Shown one piece after another: positions 48,939 through 59,665 of a DNA stretch of 64,000 nucleotides (position 1 is its first letter; each line of letters opens with the position of its first letter). This DNA is from an uncultured Clostridia bacterium (lineage in GTDB: Bacteria > Bacillota > Clostridia > Tissierellales > Dethiosulfatibacteraceae): assembly GCA_964574015.1 (NCBI GenBank), contig CAZNLP010000001.1, forward strand, positions 547-64,546, given 5' to 3'. The translations under genes were made by a program, and so were the position numbers. The notes beneath the pieces are model-generated. The model was not told the origin of the DNA, ran no database searches, and saw only the letters and a program-made list of their open reading frames with translations.

Positions 48939-51029
48939 ATGAAAAGACCAAATTTAAAAATTCGAAAGAGAATCATTTCACTAATGTTTCTCTTTTTTAT
49001 TATAATTTTAGTTCTTATAGTAAGATTGGGTTATATCCAGCTTATAATAGGAGAAGAGTATAAAAAAGAAGCATATGAGCAGTGGGCGAGAGATATAACT
49101 ACAAACCCTGCAAGAGGAGTAATTTATGATTCTAAGGGTAAAAAACTGAGTATGAGTATAAGTAGTGATACAGTTGTCTGTTGGCCAGATGATGTAAAAA
49201 AACTCGAGATTGATTATAGTGACATAGCAATAAATGAAGAGAATTTATTTGAAGAATTTTTTATTAAGTTAATAAATCCAAATTACGAAAAAAAAGAACC
49301 TATAGTTGAAGAAAGTGACGATAAACAAACTCCTGAGAAAATTGCAAAAACTTTAGCAGAAATTCTAGAAATGAAGGAAGAAGAAATTTATGATAAAATT
49401 ACTAGTGAAGAAAACTATGTTACAATTAAAAGATGGATAACAATAGAACAAGCAAAAAAAATAAATGAGGCTGACTTAACTGGAATTAGTCTTATTGAAG
49501 ACAGTAAAAGAGTTTATCCTTATGGCGATTTTCTATCACATGTATTAGGATTTACAAATATAGACCAGGTTGGTATGTACGGTATAGAAAATGTTTATAA
49601 CAGAGAACTTCAAGGCATACCAAATAGAAAAATAGTTAATACTGATTCAAAAGGAAGAGTATTACCTTATGGATATGAAGAATATTTTGAAGGAGAAGAA
49701 GGATTAAATGTTGTCCTTACTATAGATGAAACTATACAGCATTTTGCAGAGGATGCTTTAGAAAGAGGATATCATGATAATAATGCTGAAAGTGCAAATA
49801 TAATTATTATGAATCCGCAAACTGGAGAAATACTAGCGATGGCAGGTTTACCCGAATATGATCCAAATAATCCCAGGGAGATTCCAGAGAATGTGAATGC
49901 CGATAATTTCTCCCAAGAAGAACTACAAAATATCTGGTATAGTTATTGGAGAAACAGTGTAGTCAACGATATTTATGAACCAGGATCAACCTTTAAAATT
50001 ATAACAGCGGCAATAGCATTAGAAGAAAACAGGATAAATTTAAATACTAATTTCCATTGTGATGGATATGTAACTCAAATTGAAAGTAATTCCACAATTA
50101 AATGCTGGAGATACTACAATCCTCATGGAGATCAAAATTTATATGAAGCTTTACAAAATTCCTGTAATGATGCTTTAGCTGAAATGGGATTAGCAATAGG
50201 AAAAGAAACCTTTTATGAATATTTACAAGCACTTGGATTTGGCGAAAAAACTAATATAGAATTAAATGGAGAAGCGGTAGGTATAGTAAATAAGCCAGAT
50301 AATATGAAAGATGTAAATTTAGTTACCCAGTCTTTTGGACAGGGAATATCCGTAACACAACTTCAACTTGCCTCGGCATTATCAGCTGTGAGCAACGGAG
50401 GATATCTAATCGAACCTCATCTTGTTAAAAGTTTAATAGATAAAGATGGTAATATAGTTGTAGAAAAGAAACCAGAAATAATAAGAAGAGTTTTTTCAGA
50501 AGATACTTCAAATAAAATGTTGGAAGGAATGAAATCTGTTGTAAATGAAGGATCAGGTAGAAGTGCATACGTGCCAGGATACAGTGTTGGCGGTAAAACT
50601 GGTACAGCACAAAAAGTAATAGATGGAAGATATGTAGAAGGGAAATATATTACTTCTTTTGTTGCAGTTGCTCCTACTTATAATCCTGAAATATTGATTT
50701 TAATGTCTATTGATGAACCTAAAGAATCATATTATGCATCTACTATTGTAGCACCACTTATTGGAGAAATAATAGAAAACACTATGCAGTATTTAAATGT
50801 AGAGCCAAAATATGATGAAGACGAAATTGAAAAAATGGAAAAATCTTACGTTCAAGTACCAAATTTAGAAGGGTTGACAATAAAGGAAGCTAGTGAGATA
50901 ATTTCTAATATTGGTCTAAAACATAATGTAACTATGGATATTTCAGAAGAGACAATAGTAAAAAAACAATATCCGGAAGAAGGTACAGAAATACTCAGAA
51001 ATTCAATGATTACTTTAATTCTAAATTAA
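48939..51029 (+). CDS. Class B penicillin-binding protein (FtsI/PBP2B-type transpeptidase) with a C-terminal PASTA domain
   Basis: TM anchor, PBP dimerisation domain, transpeptidase motifs STFK (EPGSTFKIITAA), SCN (NSCND) and KTGT (GGKTGTAQ). One PASTA-like domain is at the C-terminus. Confidence 0.92.
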   Translation: MKRPNLKIRKRIISLMFLFFIIILVLIVRLGYIQLIIGEEYKKEAYEQWARDITTNPARGVIYDSKGKKLSMSISSDTVVCWPDDVKKLEIDYSDIAINEENLFEEFFIKLINPNYEKKEPIVEESDDKQTPEKIAKTLAEILEMKEEEIYDKITSEENYVTIKRWITIEQAKKINEADLTGISLIEDSKRVYPYGDFLSHVLGFTNIDQVGMYGIENVYNRELQGIPNRKIVNTDSKGRVLPYGYEEYFEGEEGLNVVLTIDETIQHFAEDALERGYHDNNAESANIIIMNPQTGEILAMAGLPEYDPNNPREIPENVNADNFSQEELQNIWYSYWRNSVVNDIYEPGSTFKIITAAIALEENRINLNTNFHCDGYVTQIESNSTIKCWRYYNPHGDQNLYEALQNSCNDALAEMGLAIGKETFYEYLQALGFGEKTNIELNGEAVGIVNKPDNMKDVNLVTQSFGQGISVTQLQLASALSAVSNGGYLIEPHLVKSLIDKDGNIVVEKKPEIIRRVFSEDTSNKMLEGMKSVVNEGSGRSAYVPGYSVGGKTGTAQKVIDGRYVEGKYITSFVAVAPTYNPEILILMSIDEPKESYYASTIVAPLIGEIIENTMQYLNVEPKYDEDEIEKMEKSYVQVPNLEGLTIKEASEIISNIGLKHNVTMDISEETIVKKQYPEEGTEILRNSMITLILN

Positions 51030-51041
51030 AAGAGGATAAAA

Positions 51042-52508
51042 ATGAAAATAAAAAATATTTTAGATAAAATAGATTATATAAAATACAGTGCTAATGAAGA
51101 TACAGAAGTAAACAATATCACCAATGATTCACGTGAGGTTAACGAAAATAGTGTTTTTGTTGCAGTTAAAGGATTTAAAAAAGATGGTAATACTTATATT
51201 AGCTCAGCATTAGAAAAAGGTGCAAAACTAATTATTACAGAAGATGAAAAATTTATAGAAAGAAACATACCTGTTGTACAAGTAAAGGATTCAAGAATAA
51301 CTTTATCAAAATTATCAAGTATATTGAATGACGAACCTTCAAAAAAGTTAAACCTAATCGGAGTCACAGGAACAAATGGGAAAACAAGTATAACATATAT
51401 ACTAGACCATATATTTAGATATTATGGAAGTAAAACTGGAATCATTGGAACAATGGGAGCAGTTATAGATGGAGAAAAATTAATTCTAAACAACACTACC
51501 CCTGAATCACATCAAATCCAGGAAATTTTAAAGAAAATGTTAGAGAAAAATACTAAAAGCTGTTTTATGGAAGTATCATCTCACTCGACAGTTTTAAAAA
51601 GAGTAGAGGATTTGGACTTTAATATAGGTATATTTACAAATTTAACAAAAGATCATTTAGATTTCCATAAAAGCATGGACGAATATTATAAAGCAAAAAA
51701 AGATTTATTTTATAAATCAGGTATTAGTATAATTAATATAGATGATAACTATGGGAATAAAATGTACGAAGAATTAAAAAAAGAAAACAGAAAAGTTTAC
51801 AGCTATAGTATTGATAATATATCTGATTTTAAAGCAACAATAACAGAAACAAGTATTAATGGTACTAAGTTTAAGCTGAAAGTAGATGATAAAGAAGTTG
51901 AAATTCAAATTAACACCCCTGGTAAATTCAGTGTATATAACACATTAGCTAGTATTATAGCAGCAAAAGTATCAGGAATTAGTATAGATGATATTAAAAA
52001 TAGTCTAAAAAAACTAAAAGGAGTAGTAGGAAGATTTGAAATAATACCAACAAACCTTAATTGTACTGTGATATTAGACTTTGCACATACTCCAGATGGA
52101 CTTGAAAAAATAATGGAAACAATAGATGAAGTAGCAAAAGGTAGAAAGGTTGTAATGTTTGGGGCTGGAGGAGAAAGGGATATTTCAAGAAGAGCTCTTA
52201 TGGGAGAAGTTGCAGGAAAATATTGCGATTTTTGTTACTTAACTTCTGATAATCCTAGATATGAGGATCCTAAAAGTATTTGTGAAGAAATTGCAGAAGG
52301 TGTAAAAAAATACCATAATAATTATAAAATTATTATTGATAGAAAAGAAGCAATTAATTACATTGTTGATAATTACAAAAAAGATGATATTATTTTACTT
52401 GCAGGAAAATCAACTGAACCTTACCAAGTTATTGAAGACAAAAAAGTACCCTATGATGAAAGAGAAATTGCATTAAAAGCTATTAGATTAAAAGAAAAAA
52501 ATAATTAA
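51042..52508 (+). CDS. murE: UDP-N-acetylmuramoyl-L-alanyl-D-glutamate--2,6-diaminopimelate ligase (DNPR-type MurE)
   Basis: GVTGTNGKTS P-loop and TSDNPRYEDP, with DNPR encoded at 52248-52259. Confidence 0.93.
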   Translation: MKIKNILDKIDYIKYSANEDTEVNNITNDSREVNENSVFVAVKGFKKDGNTYISSALEKGAKLIITEDEKFIERNIPVVQVKDSRITLSKLSSILNDEPSKKLNLIGVTGTNGKTSITYILDHIFRYYGSKTGIIGTMGAVIDGEKLILNNTTPESHQIQEILKKMLEKNTKSCFMEVSSHSTVLKRVEDLDFNIGIFTNLTKDHLDFHKSMDEYYKAKKDLFYKSGISIINIDDNYGNKMYEELKKENRKVYSYSIDNISDFKATITETSINGTKFKLKVDDKEVEIQINTPGKFSVYNTLASIIAAKVSGISIDDIKNSLKKLKGVVGRFEIIPTNLNCTVILDFAHTPDGLEKIMETIDEVAKGRKVVMFGAGGERDISRRALMGEVAGKYCDFCYLTSDNPRYEDPKSICEEIAEGVKKYHNNYKIIIDRKEAINYIVDNYKKDDIILLAGKSTEPYQVIEDKKVPYDEREIALKAIRLKEKNN

Positions 52509-52518
52509 GGATATATTT

Positions 52519-53481
52519 ATGTTAGAAGAAATGTTAAGAACATTATTAATAAGTTTTTTGATTAGTGTATTTATAGTTCCTATAAATATTTTAATTTTCA
52601 AAAAAATAAACTACAGACAATATATTAGACAAGAGGGACCTTCTTCCCATATGAAAAAAAGTGGAACACCAACTATGGGAGGTATAAGTATTATAATTGC
52701 TTTAATAGTTGGGATATTAATAACTTCAGAAGTCAATTATAATTTACTATTTTTTGTTATTAGTATTTTAGGATTTGGAATAATAGGATTCATTGATGAT
52801 TATATAAAAGTTAATATGAAAAGAAATTTAGGATTTAGTGCGATTCAAAAATTGACAGGCCAACTTATTATTTCAATAATTATTTTAGCTTTTTATATTA
52901 GAAATAATCCGAATTACTCAGAATTAATAATCCCATTTACGAGCAGAACCTTAGATATGGGTATTTTATTCATACCTTTTGGGATACTTGTAATTTTAGG
53001 ATTAGTAAATAGTACAAACTTGACAGATGGATTAGATGGACTAGCTTCAAGCATAACTATAATTGTTGCTTCTGTATTAGGAATTATAATATATAAAGAA
53101 TTCCCATTATTTGATTATAACAGTAGTTTATATGCTTTTGGGATAGCTGGATCATTATTAGGGTTTTTACTTTATAATAAACATCCAGCTAAAATTTTTA
53201 TGGGAGACATAGGCTCCCTAGCTCTAGGAGGAGGATTAGCTTATATATTTTTAATTAATAAACTGCTGCTCTTTATACCTATTTTAGGTGGAGTTTATTT
53301 AATTGAATCTTTATCTGTTATAATACAAGTAGTATCATACAAAACAAGGAAAAAAAGAATTTTTCTAATGAGTCCTATACATCATCATTTTGAAGAATTA
53401 GGTTGGCATGAAAAAAGTATCGTCAGATTTTTTACTCTCATAACATTAGCTTTAGGATTAATAACATATATAGGGGTGTAG
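52519..53481 (+). CDS. mraY: Phospho-N-acetylmuramoyl-pentapeptide transferase
   Basis: GTPTMGG, DDYIKV, NLTDGLDGLA, MGDIGSLALGG, SPIHHHFE. Confidence 0.97.
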   Translation: MLEEMLRTLLISFLISVFIVPINILIFKKINYRQYIRQEGPSSHMKKSGTPTMGGISIIIALIVGILITSEVNYNLLFFVISILGFGIIGFIDDYIKVNMKRNLGFSAIQKLTGQLIISIIILAFYIRNNPNYSELIIPFTSRTLDMGILFIPFGILVILGLVNSTNLTDGLDGLASSITIIVASVLGIIIYKEFPLFDYNSSLYAFGIAGSLLGFLLYNKHPAKIFMGDIGSLALGGGLAYIFLINKLLLFIPILGGVYLIESLSVIIQVVSYKTRKKRIFLMSPIHHHFEELGWHEKSIVRFFTLITLALGLITYIGV

Positions 53482-53488
53482 ACTAATT

Positions 53489-54868
53489 ATGGAAAAAATA
53501 TTTAATAAAAATATACTTGTTTACGGTACTGGCATATCTGGAATAGCTACTGTAAGAGCTTTAAATAAATTAGGAAATAAAATATTTATATACGATGACA
53601 ATAAATCTTTAAATGAAATAAAAAAAATAGATGGAATAAAAAATATTAACTACAAGTTTTTTAGTGAAATTGATGAAGATTTATTAAATAGAGTAGATAT
53701 TTTAGTTAAAAGCCCCAGTATATCATTAGATAACCCTGTTATTGAAAAAGCTAAATCCCTTAATATACCAGTATATAGTGATATAGAGCTTGCTTATAGA
53801 ATCTCAGATAAGGATTTAATTGTAATAACAGGAACGAATGGAAAAACAACAACGACTTCATTAATTCATAAAATTTTGAATGATTTTTCAATAAAAGCAG
53901 GGATAACTGGAAATATAGGATCAGGTATACTTGAAGATGTGTTGAATAAGAAATACGAAATATTAGTTGTTGAAGCAAGTAGTTATCAATTATCTTCAAT
54001 AGAATTATTCAAACCAAAAATTTCTGTTATTACTAATATTACGCCAGATCACTTAAATTGGCATGGTAATTTAGATAATTATATAAATGCTAAATTAAAT
54101 ATTTTTAAAAATCAAGATAGTGAAGATTATGCAATATTAAATTATGACGATGATAATATTAGAAAAAACTTAGCAAAAATCAAAGCTAATATTATATTCT
54201 TTAGTACAAAAAATAAGTTAGATAGAGGTATTTTTACAGAAAACAATAAAATATTTATTAAGTTAAATAATAATGAGGAAGTAATTGAAATAGATGAGAT
54301 AAAAATACCTGGAAACCATAATATTGAAAATGTAATGGCTTCTATTGGAGTAGCAAAAGTTTTAGACATACCAATTACTCAATTTAAAAAAACAATAACT
54401 AATTTCACTGGCGTTGAACATAGATTAGAATATATAAATTCATCTGTAAAGTCAGTTTCTTTTTATAATGATTCTAAAGGAACAAATCCTGAATCCACAA
54501 AAAAAGCTATTGATGCTTTAAAAAATAATATTATTATAATTTTAGGTGGATACAATAAAAATAGCAGTTTTGATGATTTAGCAGATTATTTTCCTGAAAG
54601 TGTTAAACATGCTGTAATTTTAGGTGAAACAAAATACAACATAAAAAAATCTTTAGATAAAATACAGTTCAGTGATTATACTATAGTAGATAACCTTGAA
54701 GAAGCTGTGAATAAAGCTTTTGAAATATCAAAGAAAAATGATAAAATACTTTTATCCCCAGCATGTGCTAGTTGGGATATGTATGGTAGCTTCGAAGAAA
54801 GAGGAAGACATTTCAAGGAAATTATAAAAAAATTAGAAAAGGAAGTTAATAATGAAAAAAAACAATAA
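53489..54868 (+). CDS. murD: UDP-N-acetylmuramoylalanine--D-glutamate ligase
   Basis: VYGTGISG, ITGTNGKTTTTSL, NITPDHLNWHG, GVEHR.E, DSKGTNP. Confidence 0.95.
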   Translation: MEKIFNKNILVYGTGISGIATVRALNKLGNKIFIYDDNKSLNEIKKIDGIKNINYKFFSEIDEDLLNRVDILVKSPSISLDNPVIEKAKSLNIPVYSDIELAYRISDKDLIVITGTNGKTTTTSLIHKILNDFSIKAGITGNIGSGILEDVLNKKYEILVVEASSYQLSSIELFKPKISVITNITPDHLNWHGNLDNYINAKLNIFKNQDSEDYAILNYDDDNIRKNLAKIKANIIFFSTKNKLDRGIFTENNKIFIKLNNNEEVIEIDEIKIPGNHNIENVMASIGVAKVLDIPITQFKKTITNFTGVEHRLEYINSSVKSVSFYNDSKGTNPESTKKAIDALKNNIIIILGGYNKNSSFDDLADYFPESVKHAVILGETKYNIKKSLDKIQFSDYTIVDNLEEAVNKAFEISKKNDKILLSPACASWDMYGSFEERGRHFKEIIKKLEKEVNNEKKQ

Positions 54869-55952
54869 ATCTATTGACTGGGTATTATTGCTTTTTATTA
54901 TTATATTAGTATTAATAGGATTTATTATGGTTTTTAGTTCTAGCTATCCTGATGGGTATTATAATTTTGGAGGAAATGGCTTTTATTTTTTCGAGAAACA
55001 GGTAATAGCAGGGATATTAGGTATAGTATTAATGTTTATTGCAAGTTTTATTAATTACAAGATTTATAAAAAATTAAGTTTAGTTTTTTTGATGGTTTCA
55101 TTAATAGCTGGAGTATCATTGTTTACAGCTTATGGAACTGAAGCGAATGGTGCACAAAGATGGATAAATTTAGGACCTTTAACCTTGCAACCTTCTGAAA
55201 TTATAAAAGTTTCATCTATAATTTATTTAGCTTATTTATTAGAGAAAAAAAACAAAGTAATCCACAAGTTTAAGGATGGATATCTTCCAATTGTATTTTG
55301 GATTGTTTTTTTTGGAGGATTAATAGTTATACAGAAAGATTTAAGTACAAGCTTGGTTTTAGTTTTAACCTTAGGAATTATGTTTTTTATATCAGGAGCA
55401 AATTTATTTTATATTTTTACATCTATCGGGCTCCTCTCCGGAGTATCATACTATTTAGTAATGCAAGAACAGTATAGAATTGATAGAGTGACATCATTTG
55501 TAGATCCATTTAAATATAAACTATCACTTGGATGGCAGGTTGTTCAATCCTTATATGCTTTTGGTACAGGCGGATTAATTGGAGCTGGGATAGGACAAAG
55601 CCGACAGAAGTTTTTTTATATACCTGAACCCTATAATGATTTCATTTTTTCTATAATAGGAGAAGAATTTGGATATATAGGATGCATACTTGTAATTGTA
55701 TGTTATATAATTGTTATATGGAGAGGTTTTAGAATTAGTATTAATGCTGATGATTTATTTGGCGCATATATAGCAGCAGGACTAACAAGTCTAATAGGGA
55801 TACAAGCCTTTATTCACATAGCTGTCGTGACATCATCTATGCCACCAACTGGTATTGCACTACCCTTTATAAGTGCTGGAGGTACATCTTTGGTTATATT
55901 ACTTGGTTCAATAGGAATTATTCTAAATATTTCAAAACATGCAGATATATAA
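54852..55952 (+). CDS. ftsW: SEDS-family peptidoglycan glycosyltransferase FtsW (SpoVE-like)
   Basis: QPSEIIKV, TDFIFSIIGEE-like (NDFIFSIIGEEFG), PPTGIALPFISAGGTS. Confidence 0.93.
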   Translation: MKKNNKSIDWVLLLFIIILVLIGFIMVFSSSYPDGYYNFGGNGFYFFEKQVIAGILGIVLMFIASFINYKIYKKLSLVFLMVSLIAGVSLFTAYGTEANGAQRWINLGPLTLQPSEIIKVSSIIYLAYLLEKKNKVIHKFKDGYLPIVFWIVFFGGLIVIQKDLSTSLVLVLTLGIMFFISGANLFYIFTSIGLLSGVSYYLVMQEQYRIDRVTSFVDPFKYKLSLGWQVVQSLYAFGTGGLIGAGIGQSRQKFFYIPEPYNDFIFSIIGEEFGYIGCILVIVCYIIVIWRGFRISINADDLFGAYIAAGLTSLIGIQAFIHIAVVTSSMPPTGIALPFISAGGTSLVILLGSIGIILNISKHADI

Positions 55953-55964
55953 GGAAGGAAATTT

Positions 55965-57089
55965 ATGAAAATTTTGATAACAGGTGGAGGAACTGGAGGC
56001 CATATCATACCAGCTCTAGCTATATTGGAAATTATTAAAGAAAAATACATTAATTGTCAAGTTTTATATGTAGGAGGAAAAAATAGCTTAGAAGAAGAAT
56101 TAGCTCAAAAAGAAGGATACGAATTTAAAGCAATAAAAACTGGATATTTAGAAAGAAAAATTATATCTTTAAATAATTTGAAAAGTATATTTAAGAATGT
56201 CTACGGTTTATTTCAATCTTTGGGAATAATAAAAAAATTCTCTCCCGATATTATAATAGGTACGGGAGGATATGTCTCTGGAACAGTAGTATTATCAGGA
56301 AAAATTCTGAAAAAAAACATAGTTATCCATGAACAAAATGCCCATCCTGGTATAACAAATAGAATAGCTGGTAAATTTGCAGATAAAATAATGATAAGTT
56401 TTAATAAAGCTTCAAATTATTTTAAAAACAAAGACAAGATTGTTTTTACTGGAAATCCAGTTAGAAAAGAAATAATGGAATCAGATTTTGAAGAATCTAG
56501 GAAATTTTTTAAATTAGATAGCAAAGATTTTTTTGTTTACTCTTTTGGAGGTAGTGGGGGACAAAGATCTATAAATAATGCTATTTTAGACTCAATTGAA
56601 GAAATAAGTAAAATTAAAAACTTAAAATGGCTCCATATAACCGGAAAGAATCATTTTAAAAAATTTGTTAGTAATATTAGTTCAAGAAATCTAAAAACAC
56701 CAGAAAATTTAGTGATTAAAGATTATATGTATGATGCTCCGAAGGCTTTAAAAGCCAGCGATTTAATTATTGGGAGTGCAGGTGCAATATCCATAACTGA
56801 AATTATTTATTTAAATAAACCATGTATATTAATACCAAAAAAATACACAGCTGAAAACCATCAATACTTCAATGCTAAAGAAATTCAAGAAAGAGGAGCA
56901 GGCTACTTAATACTGGAAGATGATCTCAATAAAGAAACTTTATTAGAACATGTAAAATTATTAATGAATAATAGTCAAAAAAGAAATGAAATGATTAATA
57001 ATAGCAGAAAAATTTTCAATATTGATTTTGAAAATAATATTATAAAAATTATAGATGAAATTTTAAGAAGTGAAGTAAATGAAAAATAA
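55965..57089 (+). CDS. murG: Lipid II synthase MurG (UDP-GlcNAc transferase)
   Basis: MKILITGGGTGGHIIPALA, GTGGYVSG, HEQNA.PG.TNR, GGSGG. Confidence 0.95.
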   Translation: MKILITGGGTGGHIIPALAILEIIKEKYINCQVLYVGGKNSLEEELAQKEGYEFKAIKTGYLERKIISLNNLKSIFKNVYGLFQSLGIIKKFSPDIIIGTGGYVSGTVVLSGKILKKNIVIHEQNAHPGITNRIAGKFADKIMISFNKASNYFKNKDKIVFTGNPVRKEIMESDFEESRKFFKLDSKDFFVYSFGGSGGQRSINNAILDSIEEISKIKNLKWLHITGKNHFKKFVSNISSRNLKTPENLVIKDYMYDAPKALKASDLIIGSAGAISITEIIYLNKPCILIPKKYTAENHQYFNAKEIQERGAGYLILEDDLNKETLLEHVKLLMNNSQKRNEMINNSRKIFNIDFENNIIKIIDEILRSEVNEK

Positions 57090-57837
57090 AAAAAACAAAA
57101 AAACAAATAAAGCTGTTATTATTTTTATTTTATTAATTTTGATTATAATAGGGTCGGGATTTATTATAATTAAAACTGATATTTTTTATATCAAAGAAAT
57201 AATAGTTGAAAACAACTATGAACTGGATGATGGCTATATAATTAAAAAATCAAGTATAACAGAAAATGACAATATTTTTTTAATTAATTTAGAAAATATT
57301 AAAAGAAACTTAGAAAGTGAAATTTATATTAAAGAAGTAGAAATTAAAAGAAAATTACCAGATATACTAAAAATTAATGTTATAGAAAGAACTGGCAGAA
57401 TAAACTATAGTTTTAACGATACCCATTATTTATTGGACTTTGATGGGATTGTATTAAAAGAAATAAATAAGGACGAAGAATTATTTTTAATTAAAAGTGA
57501 TATAGAAATAAATAGAAAATTGGGAGAAAAAATACATTTAGACAAATCAAATATTAAGTTTGAAAAAATTCTAAATTTATCAAAATACATATATGAAAAT
57601 AATGAAATATTAAATTGTCACATTTTAATGAAAAAAAATAACTTTTACTGTATAATAGAAAACAACACTTATATAAAATTAGATATTGAAGAATCTCTTG
57701 AATATCAATATGAGTTTGGATTAGATATAATTGAAAGAAGAAAAAATAAGGGAGAAACTGTTGAAGGAGTCATAGATTTTACAAAAGGGGAAAATCCAAT
57801 CTATGTTGACTTTAAAGATTTGGAGGAAAATATATAA
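57079..57837 (+). CDS. ftsQ: Cell division protein FtsQ/DivIB (POTRA domain)
   Basis: N-terminal basic segment plus TM helix and a POTRA-like region (IKEIIVENN...IKEVEIKRKLPDILKINVIER). Located after murG. Confidence 0.75.
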   Translation: MKNKKNKKTNKAVIIFILLILIIIGSGFIIIKTDIFYIKEIIVENNYELDDGYIIKKSSITENDNIFLINLENIKRNLESEIYIKEVEIKRKLPDILKINVIERTGRINYSFNDTHYLLDFDGIVLKEINKDEELFLIKSDIEINRKLGEKIHLDKSNIKFEKILNLSKYIYENNEILNCHILMKKNNFYCIIENNTYIKLDIEESLEYQYEFGLDIIERRKNKGETVEGVIDFTKGENPIYVDFKDLEENI

Positions 57838-58553
57838 TGTATAAAAAAATTTTTCTTACTGTCATCAGTATAATTTTAGGACTAGTCTTTGCATTACAAT
57901 ATCAAACCGTAAAAAACGAATCTGGGGAGATTATAACTACAAAGAAAGCTTCTGAACTAGCATATGAGTTGAGACAGGTAGAAGAAGAAAAAGAAAAACT
58001 ATTATTGGAACTTGATGAAATAGAAGATAAGTTAAGAGAATATGAGGAAAGTACATCTATAGAAAATAGCTATATAAAAAATTTAATCGAAGAGTTAAAT
58101 AAGTACAAATTAATGGCGGGAATAATAGATGTTGAAGGTGAAGGCATAATACTAACAATAGATAATCCTTCAGCAGATACACAATTTAACGATCAAACCA
58201 ATAACTTAATATATAATTATGAATATCTGTTATTGATTATAAGTAATTTAAATGCTGCAGGAGCAGAGGCTATATCTATAAATGGTCAAAGATATACAAG
58301 TTATACAGAAATAGTACCTGTAGGTTCTCACTTAAATATAAATGGAGTATCTTTCGTACCACCTTTTGAAATAAAGGTAATTGGAAATAGGCAAACTTTA
58401 CAGTCCGTAATAAATTTTAAAGGTGGTGTAGTTTGGGAAATGCAAAATCTAAACTACAAAATAGACATTGAATTAAAGGATAATATAAAGATTGAAAGAT
58501 ATATGAAACCTATTAATTTTAAGTATGCTGAGCCTATAAATGAAGATAGTTAG
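57837..58553 (+). CDS. DUF881 protein (YlxW/YlxX-like), copy 1
   Basis: TM anchor, coiled coil, and conserved GEGIILTI.D...LNAAGAEAISINGQR...PFEIKVIGN. Confidence 0.8.
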   Translation: MYKKIFLTVISIILGLVFALQYQTVKNESGEIITTKKASELAYELRQVEEEKEKLLLELDEIEDKLREYEESTSIENSYIKNLIEELNKYKLMAGIIDVEGEGIILTIDNPSADTQFNDQTNNLIYNYEYLLLIISNLNAAGAEAISINGQRYTSYTEIVPVGSHLNINGVSFVPPFEIKVIGNRQTLQSVINFKGGVVWEMQNLNYKIDIELKDNIKIERYMKPINFKYAEPINEDS

Positions 58554-58562
58554 GTGTTAAAA

Positions 58563-59282
58563 ATGATTATAAAAAATAAGATTTTTATATTCATAATATC
58601 TTTTTTAGTTGGCATTACAATAATGATGCAAATAAATAATGATGCGAAAAATTTTACATTTGCTAATGTACATACTGTAAATCGAATTTCAAATCAATTA
58701 AAAACAACAAATGAAGATGTAGAAGACTTAAAACAACTGATTAAAATAAAAAGTAATAAATTATATGAATATAAAGAAAATATAAATAATGATAAAGACT
58801 TAATTGAGCTACTGAAAAGAGAAATTATTAATGCAAAAGTAAGGGCAGGATTAACGGACTTAAGAGGAGAAGGTATCTTAATAAGAATGAATGATAATCC
58901 TGAAGATACAGGAAATAATATAAACTTCGATATAGTACATGATGTTGATTTAAGTGTAATTGTTAATGATTTGATAAATGCAGGAGCAGAAGCCATTTCA
59001 ATTAACGGCAAGAGGGTTGTAAGCATTTCAGAAATTGTGTGTGTGGGGCCTTTAATAAAGGTAAATGGAGAAGGTATAGCAGCGCCATTTGTGATTAAAG
59101 CAATAGGAAATAAAGAGAATTTGGCAGCTTCTATTAATGCACCTAATACTTATGGATATAAAATAAAAAATTATTACGGAATAGAAGTAACAACATTGGA
59201 AAGTGAACATATTTTAATACCTAAATATAATGTTGAAGTAAATATAAATACGGCAAAACCAATTTTGGAAGAAGGTGAATAG
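58563..59282 (+). CDS. DUF881 protein (YlxW/YlxX-like), copy 2
   Basis: Same architecture as copy 1 (GEGILIRM.D...LINAGAEAISINGKR...PFVIKAIGN). ATG 58563 lies 7 nt after AGGTG. The ORF opens at GTG 58554. Confidence 0.8.
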   Translation: MIIKNKIFIFIISFLVGITIMMQINNDAKNFTFANVHTVNRISNQLKTTNEDVEDLKQLIKIKSNKLYEYKENINNDKDLIELLKREIINAKVRAGLTDLRGEGILIRMNDNPEDTGNNINFDIVHDVDLSVIVNDLINAGAEAISINGKRVVSISEIVCVGPLIKVNGEGIAAPFVIKAIGNKENLAASINAPNTYGYKIKNYYGIEVTTLESEHILIPKYNVEVNINTAKPILEEGE

Positions 59283-59603
59283 ATGTTTTACTCAATATTA
59301 GGACTTATATTAGGATTGCTAATAGGTCTTAACTTAACAATTACATATAGTACAGTTTTTACACTATATATTACAATATCTATTTTGATATTTTTGAATG
59401 GGATATTTAGAGTGATGAATAAGAAAGAAATGGTAGTACATAAAGAAGTATTATTACTAGGATTTGAAATATTAATCTCTTCTTTGATTGCCTTTCTTGG
59501 TGAAATTTTAGGAATATCCTTATATCTTGCTGTAATATTGGCTTTTGGTATAAAGATATTTGAAAATTCTACAATTTTCATTAAGAATATTATTAAATAT
59601 TGA
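59283..59603 (+). CDS. sbp: Small basic membrane protein Sbp (DUF1290-like)
   Basis: 106-aa hydrophobic protein located between the DUF881 genes and ftsZ, as B. subtilis sbp. Confidence 0.7.
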   Translation: MFYSILGLILGLLIGLNLTITYSTVFTLYITISILIFLNGIFRVMNKKEMVVHKEVLLLGFEILISSLIAFLGEILGISLYLAVILAFGIKIFENSTIFIKNIIKY

Positions 59604-59604
59604 A

Positions 59605-59632
59605 TTGATAAAAAAGAAAAATATGTTATACT
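59605..59632 (+). promoter_or_regulatory. SigA-type promoter directly upstream of ftsZ (TTGATA-16 nt-TATACT)
   Basis: TTGATA at 59605-59610 and TATACT at 59627-59632. Confidence 0.5.
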
Positions 59633-59665
59633 AAATTTAAAATGAGAGAATTTTGGGAGGTAAAA

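Noticed and set aside
51042-53481. Absence of murF between murE and mraY (and of murB/murC) in the dcw cluster.
   Set aside because: B. subtilis also lacks murF at this position, as far as I recall. This is a normal Firmicute variant rather than an anomaly.
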